Assembly: GCA_963693365.1 (NCBI GenBank)
Contig: CAVNZM010000009.1
Span: 6,602,171-6,666,170 of the forward strand
Direction: 5' to 3'
DNA: 64,000 nt
Source of the DNA: Amoebidium appalachense
Taxonomy: Eukaryota > Protista > Ichthyosporea
Shown here in pieces: positions 1 to 13,816 of this stretch; positions within the stretch are counted from its first letter, which is position 1; each line of letters opens with the position of its first letter. Under the pieces are notes generated by a model that was given only the letters and a program-made list of their open reading frames with translations, did not search any database and was not told where the DNA came from. A program made the position numbers and the translations under genes.

Positions 1-515
1 GACACATTCCAGAAAAAAACTGGCTGACCGTTTTCACACAAGGGTTCAACACAAAGCTGTATAGATTGGGCGGCATTCCTGAACCCCCCCAACTAGGACG
101 CATGCTGTGCATCATAGGTGAGCATAGCTATAGGCTTGCGAGTTTCGACGGTCCGCTCAACCAAGATGTTGTTTTGTGTGACTTGAGTACTGGCCCTTCT
201 GAAGGGCCGAAGATGAGTGACACGGTTACCGTGCTTCTGGAAAATAAAACGATGCTGCCCAGTGTTGCACGGTATGGCCCCATTCTACCTTCCAAGCTAA
301 CACGCCCAGCCCACAGTCCCAAATTAGAGCATAAACTGAACTTGCTGTGCTTCTGATTTTATCTTCTCGTCCCTCTCCCCTGCCTCCCCTCTCTCCCCCC
401 TCTCCCAGCGTTCTCTACTCCCCCCCCCCCCCCCCCCCCCTCCCCCCCCCCCCTCCGCCGCAGCCTCCTACACACAAAAAATTAAAATGAGCTTGATACA
501 CATCCAGGCGCACGT

Positions 516-609
<94 letters not shown>

Positions 610-863
610 AGACACACGCACAGACATCCACATCTGGTACACTTCTGAAAACACGATTCGCACATTCCAGAACGTCCGGGCACATGCACACACACGATCG
701 AAGCCCAGGAAGTTCAAGTTGGCTTTTTCGCTCTCAGTTTTCCAGCTCAGTAATGCCTCAGAGTGCTCGTATAAAAAGCATCGTAATTCCATATACTCAC
801 ACGAGAGAGTATCAATCACTTTACCCGGTACGATAATGCAAGCCCACATATTCCCAACACGAA

Positions 864-896
<33 letters not shown>

Positions 897-1262
897 CTCT
901 CCCCTCTTTCACCCCCTTCCCCACCCCCTCCCCACTCACCCACCTACCCACCTCCCCACCCGCCTTCGTGCAGATCCAACCCACATGCACCTCTTGATTT
1001 CCTCCATTGCCGTGTCTCTCTTTGATAGAGTTTCCCCACCCACCCACCCACCCACCCACCCACCCACTCCCCTTCCCTCCACCCCGCTTCTTCAATTTTC
1101 TTTCCCCTGTCCTCTCCTTCCTCGTTTTTCACTCAATCCCTCTTCGCTCTCAACCACACACCCATGCCACCCCAACGGTCACCCCTGCTCAAGCAACAAG
1201 CAGTTGTGTATGCATGTGACCGTAGAGTGGTGTATGTAGGGGGGCAATGGAGAACAGGAGGG

Positions 1263-1294
<32 letters not shown>

Positions 1295-1296
1295 AA

Positions 1297-1338
<42 letters not shown>

Positions 1339-2370
1339 GGAGGGAGAGGGGGAGAGTGTGCGTTGTGGAGAAGGGGATGTGTGTGTGTACGGGAGGGGGG
1401 TGGGGGGGGGGGGGGGGGGTTGATTTTCAAATGCATAAGCTGACAGCCCATCTCCTCAATGCACAGTTTCGTTCCTCAAACCCCAAGAGCACCCGGTGCG
1501 CCGATCTACAACATGTGCATCTTCACGCAGATCAAAGACCAGGCCCGATACGTGCGCGATTGGGTCGATTTTCACAGGAGGATCGGCGCGGACCACTTTT
1601 ACGTCAGCGACAACAACAGCACCGACCAATTAGAAACCATCTTTAGACACGATCCGGACGTGGAGGTGCTCTATTGGCCGTTCAAGAAATCGCAGGTTCA
1701 GGCATATATTTTCGGACGCCTCGCGATCGAATCGCGGTGCAAGTGGGGGATCTTCATGGATCTAGATCAGTATATTTTTATAAACGAGACGTCATTGGGG
1801 GAAAAAACTATAGGCGGCATGGTGAACCGCGTTCTTGAAACAGATACGAAAGTGAATCAGATTTGCCTTCACAGTAAAGTATACGGGTCCTCCGGTCACA
1901 GTCGTATCCCAAATGCGCAAATTCCTGAGGCGTATATCCACACGAATTTGACAGGACATAATAACGAAATTTGGCAGCCCATGCCTAATTGTATTACTCG
2001 ATTGTCTGCCGCTGGGCTTGATACAGGTATCCACCGTTTCAATATTCCTACACCCGGCGGAAATCAGCGAGATATAACAATGGGCAAAGAATACGCATAT
2101 TTCAACCATTATTCGGTGAGAAGTTTCGAGGATTTCATACAAAAGTTCGAGGGAAGAAACGGGCTGGTTGCGGACTGGGACCCGAAAAGTACACCCATGT
2201 TCCCCAAGGGACCAATCAATTTGGACGATCCGCCAGAGGAATTTGCGAATGGCCTGCATGGGGCGAATGAAGATACGGCATTTAGAGATGTTTATCGAAA
2301 GATTGTGGCTGATAGAAGCGTGCCTTTACCACCCACATATGTGCCCTACCACCCAAATGTAAAGCGATGA
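1..2370 (+). CDS. GT92/DUF23-like (GT-A fold) glycosyltransferase, 5'-partial; exons <1-271, 1467-2370
   Basis: The open frame from the window start ends ...MLPSVA-CG|GTATGG and joins in phase 2 to GCACAG|T-TTC at 1467, with a CTGAC branch site at ~1440. Product has MCIFTQIKDQARYVRDWVDFHRRIGADHFYVSDNNSTD, WGIFMDLDQY (DxD-like) and FNHY motifs typical of GT92/Glyco_tranf_2_4 proteins. Confidence 0.85.
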
Positions 2371-3060
2371 ATAAAAAATTTTATAACACAAACTGTTACA
2401 TGAAAACTGCGCGAATATATCGTGGTTTGGTAAGCGACCACACGCTTGCTTTCAAAACTTAGTCCCACGTTTGATGATTTCTGAATTTAAACTCCTTTTT
2501 TTTCCCTGATTTTTTCTGAATGTTCGGAATACTGCACCATGGTAGGTTGAATTGTGTATTACCTGAGGGCTGTTTCCGTACATGCTCTTAAAAAATATAC
2601 TGAATATGAATTCAAATAACGGTATCTTCTATTCCTCAGAACGATTATAAATTAAGGTATCTTGTATTTCTCAGAGCGATTATACTTACACGATGTGTGG
2701 ATTTGATGTGAGTGACTTGCATATTTGCATTTAAAAGTTATCTGATAAAGTCTCTTCCTTGTTCTGTAAAATGATTAGTACGTGATTATTGGTCAATCCG
2801 ATAATGTGAATGTGTCCGTATACTTCTGTGCTTCCCCACTCGATGATGGGGCAGCAAGATATTTGATCGCAGCATTTAAAACTTTTTCATCACCGATTTA
2901 CAGATTTCCCTTTTCTTGTTGCCACGAATGTTCCTCTGTCGTTCCGTTACTTTGCATGGGCTGGACCCGAATGGTTTAAACAAATTCATTGAAAAATGAA
3001 AAAGAGAAACCTTAAAGTACTGTCCACTAAAACCCGGAAAGGCCAGTATACGGCAAACAC

Positions 3061-3095
<35 letters not shown>

Positions 3096-4751
3096 CCCCC
3101 AACCACCACCACCACCACCACGCACACACACACGGGGTCGTGCGCACGCCGTATACACCCCCCACACAAACGTACGCGCACACACGAGCGCGCGCGCACA
3201 CACACACACACACATGTACACCGCGCGTGTGCAAACACACAACATGCAGACATGCCCACATGCACGCACACAGACACGTGTGGGCAGCCACACGCGCACA
3301 CACATACACCCACACACACCCACAAGGCCACATACACACTGGCAAAGGCAACGCATGTGCACACACGCAAGCAAACGTGACTCCCACATCAGAAAGGCTG
3401 CCTGTTTTACGTCTTCAATCTGAGTATAAATCTTAGAGAAAGGGGAAAGAGGGGCTGGATGGTGGTGGCGGTGGGGGGAGGGGAAGGGGAGGAGGAGGGG
3501 GAGGGGGGAGAGAGAGGGGACGGTTTTGCACCTGCCTCATCCCCCCCTCCCCCCTCCTCCCCCGATGCCGGCCCCTGTCTCCCTACCCAGGTTCCCTGGT
3601 CTGTTCATATTAGGAGTTTTGCTAACCTCTTCCCTTTCGAGCTCTATGTATCCCCCCCCTCCTCCTCCCGAGCCTTTGGTATTTTCTTAATCCCCCCCCC
3701 CCCCCTCCCCCCGACCTCGTGCTCTGGATATTTTTTATTTCCCCACCCCAACCCTCTCTCTCCCCCCCCCCCCCCCCCCCTCCCCCCCCCCCCCCCTCCC
3801 CCCCCCCCCCCCCCCCCCCCCCCGGCCGCCGTTCGTGTTTTTAGTATTTTTTTTAACCCCCGGGACCCCCCCCCCTCCTCTCCCCGCAACCTCGTGCTCT
3901 GAGTATATTAAATATCCCCCCCCCCCCCCCCCCCCCTCTCCCCCCCCCCCCCCCCCTCGCCCCTCGTGCTTTTAGTATTTTTTGATCCCCCCTCCCCTTC
4001 CTCCCCCTCCTCCCCGTTCCCCCCTCCCGTGCTTTTCGTGTCTTTTTGATCCCTCCCCTCCCCCCCCCCCTCGTGCCTTTGGCATTTTTCGATCCCTACT
4101 CCCCTTTTCCGTGCCTTTAGTATTTTTTTTAATCCTCCTCCCCCCTCCCCTCCCCCCCCCCCCCCCCCCCCCCCCCCCGGATCTAGCACTCCCTCTAGTA
4201 AGTATAAACAACCCCCAGTACAGCTATCTACGGACTCATAGTATTTTACGATTTGTAGAGTTGACTCTCTAGGGCTGGTACGCCAAAAGAACGGCAGAAA
4301 GGAATATGACGCAAGTAAAACGGGAAACGCAAAATAAATATTTGAGACTCAAAGCTTGCCCACGTGAATTTGTAGTAAAAGTTTAACTCGAAATGGGACA
4401 TAGAAAGCTAAGACGTTGTTTCACGCTGTTCTTTTTCGCTGCAACTTTTAATAAGACGCGGCAAGAAACACAGTTCCCTGCACTCTTCCATTTATGTGAA
4501 TATATATTGTACTGTTAAGTCTGGACGTGCGGTTTACCGTGCTGTTTAAACAAATGTGATTGAATACATAGCAATGCCCGCATGTATGATGCATATGTGA
4601 TAGATTGCACGGATACCGTCTATCAGAACAACTAAAGCCACTTAAGCTACGGAAAAGCTACGGAAAAGCTCATAGAAACGTACCCTAATACCAATTTTTA
4701 TCACCCTATCCCCCTGCATAACCATCAAAGAAACCTCTATACAGTAACCCC

Positions 4752-5127
4752 TTACTTAATCATCGCAACAGCCACAGCAACCACCGCAGCAACCACCACG
4801 TTAAAGGAAGCCGCGGAAACCGAACTTCCCTTCGAGGGCATAGGAGCAATGACATTGGGCGTCTGCTGAACCGCCTGCTTATCGAGCGTGCAATACTCAA
4901 TAACCTTATCGGGAAGGCCGGCGGGGCATGCGGCGGTCTTGCCCTTAACGGTGCGCTGCATGAACTTGTAATCGGCATCGCACGACCACGCGGTCCACTC
5001 CCAGTTGCATTGCTGGGAGGCGTCCGACGGCCTGAAAATGACCACCTGAAGGGGTATCCCGGTTTAACTTTGAGCATGGGTTGGTTTGTTGGTTTTTATG
5101 GCTTTTGCACCTTTTTTTTCTTTTGGT

Positions 5128-5167
<40 letters not shown>

Positions 5168-5893
5168 GAGGGGGGAGGGGGGGGGGGGAGAGGGGAGGGT
5201 GGTGGAGGGGGATCTTGGGCTCCCGTTTTTTCTGTTCTCTTTCTCTTGAAGTTCAAATTTGTTTTCTTAGTTCCCTTCCCCCCCCGTCTATTTTCTTCTT
5301 TCTGCTCGTCTGCGATCTTGCATTATTTGTCCGGCCATCTCAAGGTTTTTGCCCCGGCGGGGAGGGGGGGGGGAGGGGGGGGGGGGGGGGGGGGGGGGGG
5401 GATGACGAAAGCATGAGAATGCAATACAAACAGACAAAACTGCCATCTCATAGTGACCACTTTGAAACTAGAAGACAATACGTAAAAATTTTCTCTTTAA
5501 CGAACATGTGATGTCGCACAGCGCATACACACCTTGTATGAGCAGTGCTGGTTTGCAACAAACGGAAGGTAGTCTGCCTTGACGACGTACTTGGGGTCAT
5601 CGGTGGTGCCGTTCACAAACTCAAACATGCCGGCGTTCTTACCTGCACCCCACATCTTGTTTGCCGTCACAAGCTCCTGCCAGCCGGGACTCTGCGGGGT
5701 GGCTACCACCCAGCCGGAGGGCAGCTCGACGGGCTTGTTGTTGCACACCTGTTTTTTTGGCGGCATTTCGAAATGTTTGTTAGTATGTATCAGCGGGTGG
5801 GCACCCATCAAAATGTTGAATAATGGCAGGGAGGCTTACATAGAATGATTGAGGTTAAGGTGTATGTGTGTGTGTGTGTTGGTTGGGGGCGGG

Positions 5894-5927
<34 letters not shown>

Positions 5928-8900
5928 AAGAGAGGGAGAGAGGAAGGTTTAAAGAAATTGGGAAAAGAAAGCATGAGTCTAACGTGACGGTGGTTGGGCA
6001 TTGTGTTAGGATAGGAGACACGTGCGAGCAAGGAAGGGAGTAAAGTAACGTTTTGGATCGGGAATCGAAAGAGGGCAACCGATTTAATCAGTTTAGAACT
6101 AGTTCCATTCCTAATCTGCAATACACCAACAGCATTAGAGCATTTGGCCATTCGTTGGGATGTTACGACGATACCAGTGGGGTTGAATCCACTGGTGGTG
6201 GTGGTGGTGGTGGTGGTGGTGGTGGCCGGGGCGCCCCCGGGGAGGGGGAGGGGGGGGGGGGGGGGGGGGGGGGATTTTTCCATACCGTAGAAGAAATTCT
6301 CTCGTCCGGGGAGGAGCCATCAACAACAGCATATGCACCGCCAGTGACCTTGCGCTGAGCACTAGGTGCAGGGGCAGGATAGCTCATTGTCCAGGTGAAT
6401 TGAGGATCAACACCAGCTGGGTGCTTGCGGGTGATCATGATGGCGGCACGGCCGATACGCCCAACTACTGTCTTGCCAAGAGTCTGTGGGTGGCGTGTGG
6501 GTGGTTAGCAACTGATTATTATGTACCACTTTTTGGCAGTATTCGAGGTCCCCCCTTTAATTTTTTTTTTTTTTTTTTAACCCTTCCACCTTCACAGTGT
6601 TTTTGCTGCTGTGAATGACAAAGATCAAACCCACTGCGGAGGAAAGGTAAGCCTTCTAAAACATGAAAGGAAGTTCCGAAAATGTTAGGCTCATGTAGGG
6701 TATGATAACAAAAAGTTAAGGGGAATCTAAAGGAACGAGAAATAGAACGAGGATACTGGATGTCACAAAGACACGGGGTCATCGGAGGAAAAAAAGTGGC
6801 CCCGGATTGCGCAGAAGGGGAGTGTGGGGGGAGGGGTGAGAGTGCACGGTGGGGAGGGAGGTAGGGGGAAGGGGGCTTAATTTTCTTTTTGCTTTTTCTA
6901 TTTTTTTAGATTCTTCTTCTTCTTCTTCTTCGGGGGGGGGGGGGGGGGTGGGGGGTGCGGGGTGGGGGGTGGGGGGAGCTTTAAAGCAAGGCACTGAGAC
7001 TCGTAGGCATGGTAGTATAATATAGATACTTGGAAGAATAATTAAGCAAATAATAAGATTAGGCAATTTTACCCACCTTGCTTGTCACAACCCGCGCGGA
7101 GATGCCGGCGTTGCAGTCGACGCCAGGGTACTGGGTGTAGGATTTTCCGTTGTTCAGATCATCTGGGTTCCGCAGCCATTTGCACGAATAGCCCCACTCC
7201 CAGGCAAGATCACCACTTCCAGCAACAACAGCCCTGGAGTAAACATTGTCAAGCGCGAGATCCCACCCAGCCGGAATATCAAAAAACCCGGTGCCGTCGG
7301 CAGTGAACGGGTTGCACGCGGACGCGGCGGCATTGTCGATGGTGGCGTAGTCGCGGCCATTGACGGTGATGATAGCGGAGTTGGAGATTTTGGGGGGTGC
7401 CTATGTGGAAAAAACTGATGAGTCTAATTATAACGAGCGGGGCCGGGTTGGGTAAAAGAGGTTGATGTTGAAGGAGATGTATAGATATTTGCTTATGGCA
7501 TTTCCTTGTCGGTCCCTGATTTTTTCTCTCCCTTTCTTCTCCGCTTGACCCCACCTCCCCCCCCCCCCCCCCCCCCCTTCCCCCCCCTCCCTCCCCTCCT
7601 TCCCCCCCTCCCTTTCGGGGGCATAGGCTCTCTCCTTTACCAGAACATGATCCTTACACTAGAATACCCATGCCTTCGTATATTTATAGATTGAAGTCTA
7701 AAAATAACGTTTCAGATGTTTCTCCCTGCTTCCCAACCAACCCTGTTCCACCGTTACGTACTCTATCCACATATGTATTAACTGCCTTTCTGCATTGCAA
7801 TGTGCTCAAAACTCAACAGGGGACCAATGTTACCGGCTTGATGAAGTCCCCAAAGTCAAAGTCGCTCCTCTTTGTCCGTAGAAGAACAAGACCGGGGCAG
7901 TAAGTAACGTCCACTTGGCCCAGAGCATTAACCGTTACGCCAGACGCCGCCTTCTTGTTCAGTTTGTGATCGTAGACACCTTCAGAAGTAATGATGTACT
8001 CGGACCCAAACGGGAAAAGCTCAATGAGAAGCTGCGTGTAGTTGTCAAACGGCGCAACCTCCCAGCCGACGGGAAGCCTATCTGCCTGAGTCTGTGAAAT
8101 ATTAGAGTCAGCTATGAACTACATTTTTTATTCATGATTCTGAGTGCCGTTTTTTTTTCTAACAAGGCAGCACATGTAAGTGTTAGAAATGCCTACAAAA
8201 TTGCTGTATGAGGATATGTAGTGGTATGTATGCATGCAGGTTTTATAGTGTAATATTACTTTTAGACTGTTGAATGCACGAGCAGCGATTGTGCTCGTTA
8301 GGGGAGTTTGCGTTTTTTTGCCCAACACACAAACCCACAGGCACAGACGTTCACGCATACAATCTAAAAGAAAACAACATGAGAAGCAGAAAAATTAACG
8401 GGGGCAAGAAACGTGTGGGAAGAAAAGAATGGAGGAGAAAGAAGTATTGTATTAAGCAGAGAGTAGGAGAGAGAAAGAACTCGAAGAAAAGGTGGGAAAG
8501 CTTACCGAGCAACAAAACATTGGGCCAAGTGGTCGTTGGTACCATTCTGTACACAATCGGCTAGACTTCGATGGTTCATGCAGATCATAATTTCGTGACT
8601 GTCCAGTAACCAAAATAGAACTGCAAGTAAAGCAATAATATTGTGTGCTAATTATGTTTTCAATGAGCGTTGGCATCGCAACCACTCAAACGTACTTGAC
8701 CTGAATGAAAACAACATTCAATGTTCAACTTGTGGGCATGCATGCATGTAGCCTGTGTACAGAAGAGGATCAAACCCGCCGGTTTCCGCATGAAGGCTTT
8801 GCCAAACCGACACCATTCGAATAATTTGGGGGGCTTTGTAGTTTGCCATGGTTTCTGCGGGGAGGATATGTTCTGGCCACACAATATAGATAGTACGATT

Positions 8901-9382
8901 ACAAGCATGCATATGCAATGCCATGTCACTGCCCCTATCTCTCCTGCTCGACTAGAGGAATTAAGCATGTCATTTTGAAAGTTCTATAAGGTTTACTCTC
9001 CAAGTCATCCACCTACCCCAACAAAGCAGTTCTTTGCATCCAGCGTAGTTGTTGGCGCGCCAGGGTCAATACCGTCAGGACCGGTGAAGGTCGAGTAGAT
9101 GCGGTTGTAAAACGTCACGTTGGCCAGCCTAGGCTTGATCCCCCGCAGGTCAACAGGCTTGGGCTCCTCCTTATCAACAATGCACCCACCACTCCCCGTA
9201 CCTGGGGCAGGAGGTGTGTATGTTTCAGTAACGTTGGTTGTTGGTGTAGCGCTAGCGGTATTGGTGGCCGTCGCGTTTGAAGATACCCCGGGGGAAACAT
9301 TTGCTTCGCCGCCGGCCATGGCAGCGAGCTGAGCGGACGCAACGCCCGCGCAGAGGACTGCGCCAAGAGTGGCAAACTTCAT
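4752..9382 (-). CDS. Secreted, probably GPI-anchored surface protein, 549 aa; exons 9382-9017, 8085-7834, 7400-7077, 6483-6286, 5748-5533, 5045-4752
   Basis: Signal peptide MKFATLGAVLCAGVASA, a Thr/Pro-rich stalk, and five GT-AG introns, all phase 0, giving one open frame. Three internal repeats, a TSP1-like CNWEWTAWSC segment, and a hydrophobic C-terminal tail SSVSAASFNVVVAAVVAVAVAMIK. Confidence 0.85.
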
Positions 9383-11704
9383 TTTTGTGTTCTGTCAGCA
9401 GACAAAAGGGGGAGGAAAATGTGTGTTTGGTGTGTGTACCTGTGTGTGCGTGTGGTGCCCACGGTTGTCTGATGCGTGCTCTGAGGGGAGTAAGGCGTTT
9501 TTACGTGGCATCATGTGCCACAAGGACAAGGGGTGATGCTCGAACACCCAATCGAAAGTGACTTGTGACCGGTCAAATGACAACAATGGTGTGAACTTGC
9601 GCGCATTTGCCGCAGCTAATTCTTGGTTTCTACAAGTATTGCACACCTGCATGGACATTAGACACCCTAAAGACTTTATAAAATTGCTATATTTTGATGA
9701 TTTGATGACATTTTTTTGTTTTATTGGGATTGGCCAGGGCTGGACATGCAGCGTCCCAAACCCAAGGCCTGCTGTACTGCTATGCGCAGCATGACCGGAT
9801 ATTTGGATGTCGTCTAAGCCAATAAAATACGCCTTGCTGATTGCTTGTCTCCGATTGGAAGAAAATCGAAAAGAGGTGTATAGTCAAATCAAGAAAGGGA
9901 GTCACTACAGGGCTTGGGTTCAGTTTAGAGGTAAGAGAATGAGAGGAGGCAATCCTGTGTCCCTTATTCTAGTAGAATTGCGTATTTATTGATATAAATC
10001 GTTCATCATATACGCTTTTGGTTAAATAGGGAAGAAGCACCGCACTGTGGCCATGTATCCGGTAAAGGTGAGGTGAGGTTATTAGTTCGTTGGCTGTGTA
10101 CAAAACAATTTACCCTTTTCTCGATCTATTTATAAACGCATTGATTGGATGAACCAGCATCGCGGCGGATGGTTCAGGAATGCGTCGACGCCAGCACAGT
10201 GTACATGTTTTTCTTCTGCAAAGCTTCCATTTCAAAACGTTTAACTCACCATGCTGTAGGCACATATACATACATGCATTTATATCTGTGTGGCCCCGTG
10301 TTGAGAAAGCTGCCCCTCGTGCCCCTGGTTGCATCAACTTCGTAATTGGAAAATCAGGCGGCCACGGCCCCGCGTACGCGCACACATACAGCGATATCTC
10401 GGACTCGATGATGCATGGTATCATCGGTGATGTTTCAATGGCCTTCCATATTAGAACGCACGTAGTCTCTCGCCACCCGTTGCGAGCCGAGAGCATGCAT
10501 GCGGTTTCGGAGTCGAAGCCAGGACATACAGCTTACACGTAAGTGTTCTCAGCCACCGCACTTGCAGAATTTGCGTACGTACGTCTACCACTGTGTACGG
10601 TACCCATGGCTAACCGGCTAGGCATGTAGCGAATCGGCCACAATGCAACAACCCCAATTGACAAGGAACCACAACCCATGGATGTGTACACGTGCAATAA
10701 TTTTATGAATGGTGTCGCCTACAATAATATAGGATGCTGATTTTTAGTTATTAGGGCCATCAAGCAAAACAAGCCTGTAAGTAAACTTGCAACTTGATCA
10801 ATGCCGCAGCGCCGCGGCCGCCACGTTACATACGCAGAGTGATCGTGACGTCACCAGGATCTCGTGAATTCAAACATCTAATTGGATAAAGATAAGGAAT
10901 TTGAGGCATGCACAATTTATCTACACACAAACAAATCCTACATTGTGTATAGGTACAGTTGTAAGGTTTGTGTATACAGTTAAGCATATCGAGCTTGACA
11001 AGTAAGATAACTTGTTTGAGAAAACTCCCCGGGGAGACAACCACGAATCATTTATAACACGCAGCGTGAGTCAGCGTGGCCCACCGGCCCCTCAGTTGTT
11101 GGATAAAAGATAAGGAATTTGAGGAATGCAAAAGTCTGCAGCAAAACCAATTGCCTCGAGCACAGGAGCTCTTTTCATTTTATGGAGAATTCAAAAAAAA
11201 AAGAAAAGAAAAGAAAAAAAATGTAGATGGTGAGTGATAATTAGTGTGGTATATGAAGAAAAATCGCAATACAATTCTGGCTTGTATTTCGCTCCAGGCT
11301 CCAGCCGATATTTCTGTAACAAACAGCAGACGGCATAACGAAGTCACAGGCTCATAGCATCAAAAGATTTCAAAGCCCGATCACGAGACCCAATAAGATG
11401 GCATCTTTGCAGGGACTGCACATGACCTGTGGGTATATAAACAATGCGCAGGGGCCGCGCATGGGCAGATACTTGTTGTAGGCCGCATCGGTCTGAACTG
11501 CTGAGTTCGCCGTGCTTGCACATACACAAGTTCTGTTTTTAAATCTTTTTCTAAAAAATGCGTTTGTGTTTCCATTCTTTACAATCATAGCTACCGTGAT
11601 CAGTCTAGAAATTATTATCATCAAATACCCCACTTTTTCGCAGCAATGTGTTCTGCTTGCAGGCAGATAATATCGTACACTTGAATCTTACATTGATATC
11701 AACC

Positions 11705-11841
11705 ATGTCCGGGACAATATTACAAGTTCTTAACAACGTTATCCCCATGTACGGGGCCATGTTTTTCGGATGGCTGGCAGCAAGAACAAAGCTCATCGAC
11801 AGGCCAGGATATGATGTATGTGCATCACCTCATCATACGAC

Positions 11842-11875
<34 letters not shown>

Positions 11876-12090
11876 CAAAGTATGTGTGCACTTCAGTTCT
11901 CTGGAGGATGCAATAGCCATGGTTGAAAATGTGCATGGGGTTTCACGTGCTGTGCGTCTGTGTGCGTGTACATGCCATGTGCTCACATCTTCATCCGTAC
12001 GTGTGCCACTTGTGTGTGTGTGCCTGCGCCTACCGAGGTGTTTCGAGTATGAGGGTGGTTGAGTGCATGTGATTGCTTGTTTGTCCGTGG

Positions 12091-12143
<53 letters not shown>

Positions 12144-12157
12144 AGTGAGTGAATTGA

Positions 12158-12244
<87 letters not shown>

Positions 12245-12675
12245 CTGCCGGACTTGTGCTTGGCTGTTCCAAGAGCGGATCCGAGTGGGTATGTGGGGTG
12301 TATCTTTGCCAGAATGACTTAGTGTGTAGATGGGTTTTCACATTTTTTGTCACTGATAGAATGAGAGGGCGGGGAAAGAGGGCGGGCAGGGAGTTTTGGG
12401 TGGAGGGGAAGGGGGGGGGGGGGGGGGGGGGGGGGGTAATAGAGAACAAAACCTCACCGCAGCGGACTAATATTAGGGCGGGCCGGTGATACGGGAAGAA
12501 AAGCCTCAGTGTCTTTCCCCCTCTTCCCCCCTCCCCCGTCCCCCCCCCCCCCTTCCTCCCCCCCCCCCCCCCCCCCCGGCGCCCCCCTCGCCCCCCTCCA
12601 CCCCCTCCTCTTGTCCCCTCCCGCTCCCCCCCCCCCCCTTTTTTTTTTCCTTTAGCGGGACATAGTGGAAAGGGT

Positions 12676-12715
<40 letters not shown>

Positions 12716-13675
12716 CGAAGAAGGGAGGAATGAGATCCCTAAATTGGCGACTTCCCTTGCTAACCCATTTTTTCGTTTTTTGGGACCGGCAGGGGATACA
12801 ACAATTTCTGGTGTACTTCTGTTTCCCATTTATGATAATCGGGGTTCTGATTGGATCGGATCTCTACATGGCAGATCCCATGCTCGTGGCGTGCATCGTC
12901 ATACAGGCGACTGTGAGTTTTGCTCTAAGCGTGGCTTTTGCCTTAGCCAATCAGAAATGGGTACAAAGACGGTCAGCCAATCAAACACAGCGTGGTTTCC
13001 CGTGGGGAATGGTTGTCACGTGCTTTGCTGTTTTGTCATTCCCGAATTCGCTGGTGGTCGGGGTGCCTATTTTGGTGGGCGTGTACGGTGAGCAAGCAAA
13101 CTTCCTGCAGGTAAGGGATGTATATAACTGAAATATCTTTTCACTTGGATCTGGTTGGGTTTTAGAGAGGTTGTGATATAGATAACTTTAGGTAAGGAGA
13201 GTTTTAAGAAACTTTGAGTGGGCAGAAGGGGGGAGGGGGGGGGAGGGGGGGGGCTGTGCGTCAAAGATCTTGGGGATGGCAAGTGCCGCGGGGGGGGGGG
13301 GGGGGGGGGGGAGAGGGGGGAGGGGGGGTATCAGAGGGGGGTAGGGGGTTGGGGGGGGGGGGGGAGGGGGGAGCAAGGAAATTTAGGGTTAACGACGAAC
13401 CTATCGGCTGCAAGAGACCCTAAAAGCAAGTTGAAGGGGTATAACTTAGCAAGGAGAAGGTGGATTAGTATGGTGGAGGGGTAAAGGTGAAGAAGGGGGA
13501 GAGGGAGGGACGAAAAAGATCACACCCAGATAGGCTACACAGCAGAACGAAGTGGAAGTCGGGTGAATAAAGGAATAAAGGAGGGGAAAGGGCAGGACGA
13601 GGGGAAGGGAGGGAGGAGAGAGGGGAAGGGGGTGGGGGTGAGGGAGGGGGGAAAGAGGGGAAAGGGGAACCCGGT

Positions 13676-13706
<31 letters not shown>

Positions 13707-13766
13707 TTTGTGGACCGGAGAGATAATCCGAAGAAAGGGAGCAGTGCTAGAAAAAACAGGGGTAGC

Positions 13767-13816
<50 letters not shown>

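Noticed and set aside
620-830. Open segment after (CA)n as an extra GT92 exon
   Set aside because: The direct 271-1467 join is in phase and matches the family layout; this segment has incompatible phases.
8452-8978. Short ORFs inside intron 1 of the surface-protein gene
   Set aside because: The flanking exons already join to complete repeat 1; no clean in-phase exon was found.
10110-10542. Overlapping 120-128 aa ORFs between the divergent genes
   Set aside because: No recognisable motif and no consistent splice partners.
10882-11131. 31-bp direct repeat TTGGATAAAGATAAGGAATTTGAGG upstream of PIN as mini-LTRs
   Set aside because: No TG..CA ends, PBS, PPT or TSD; treated as a simple local duplication.
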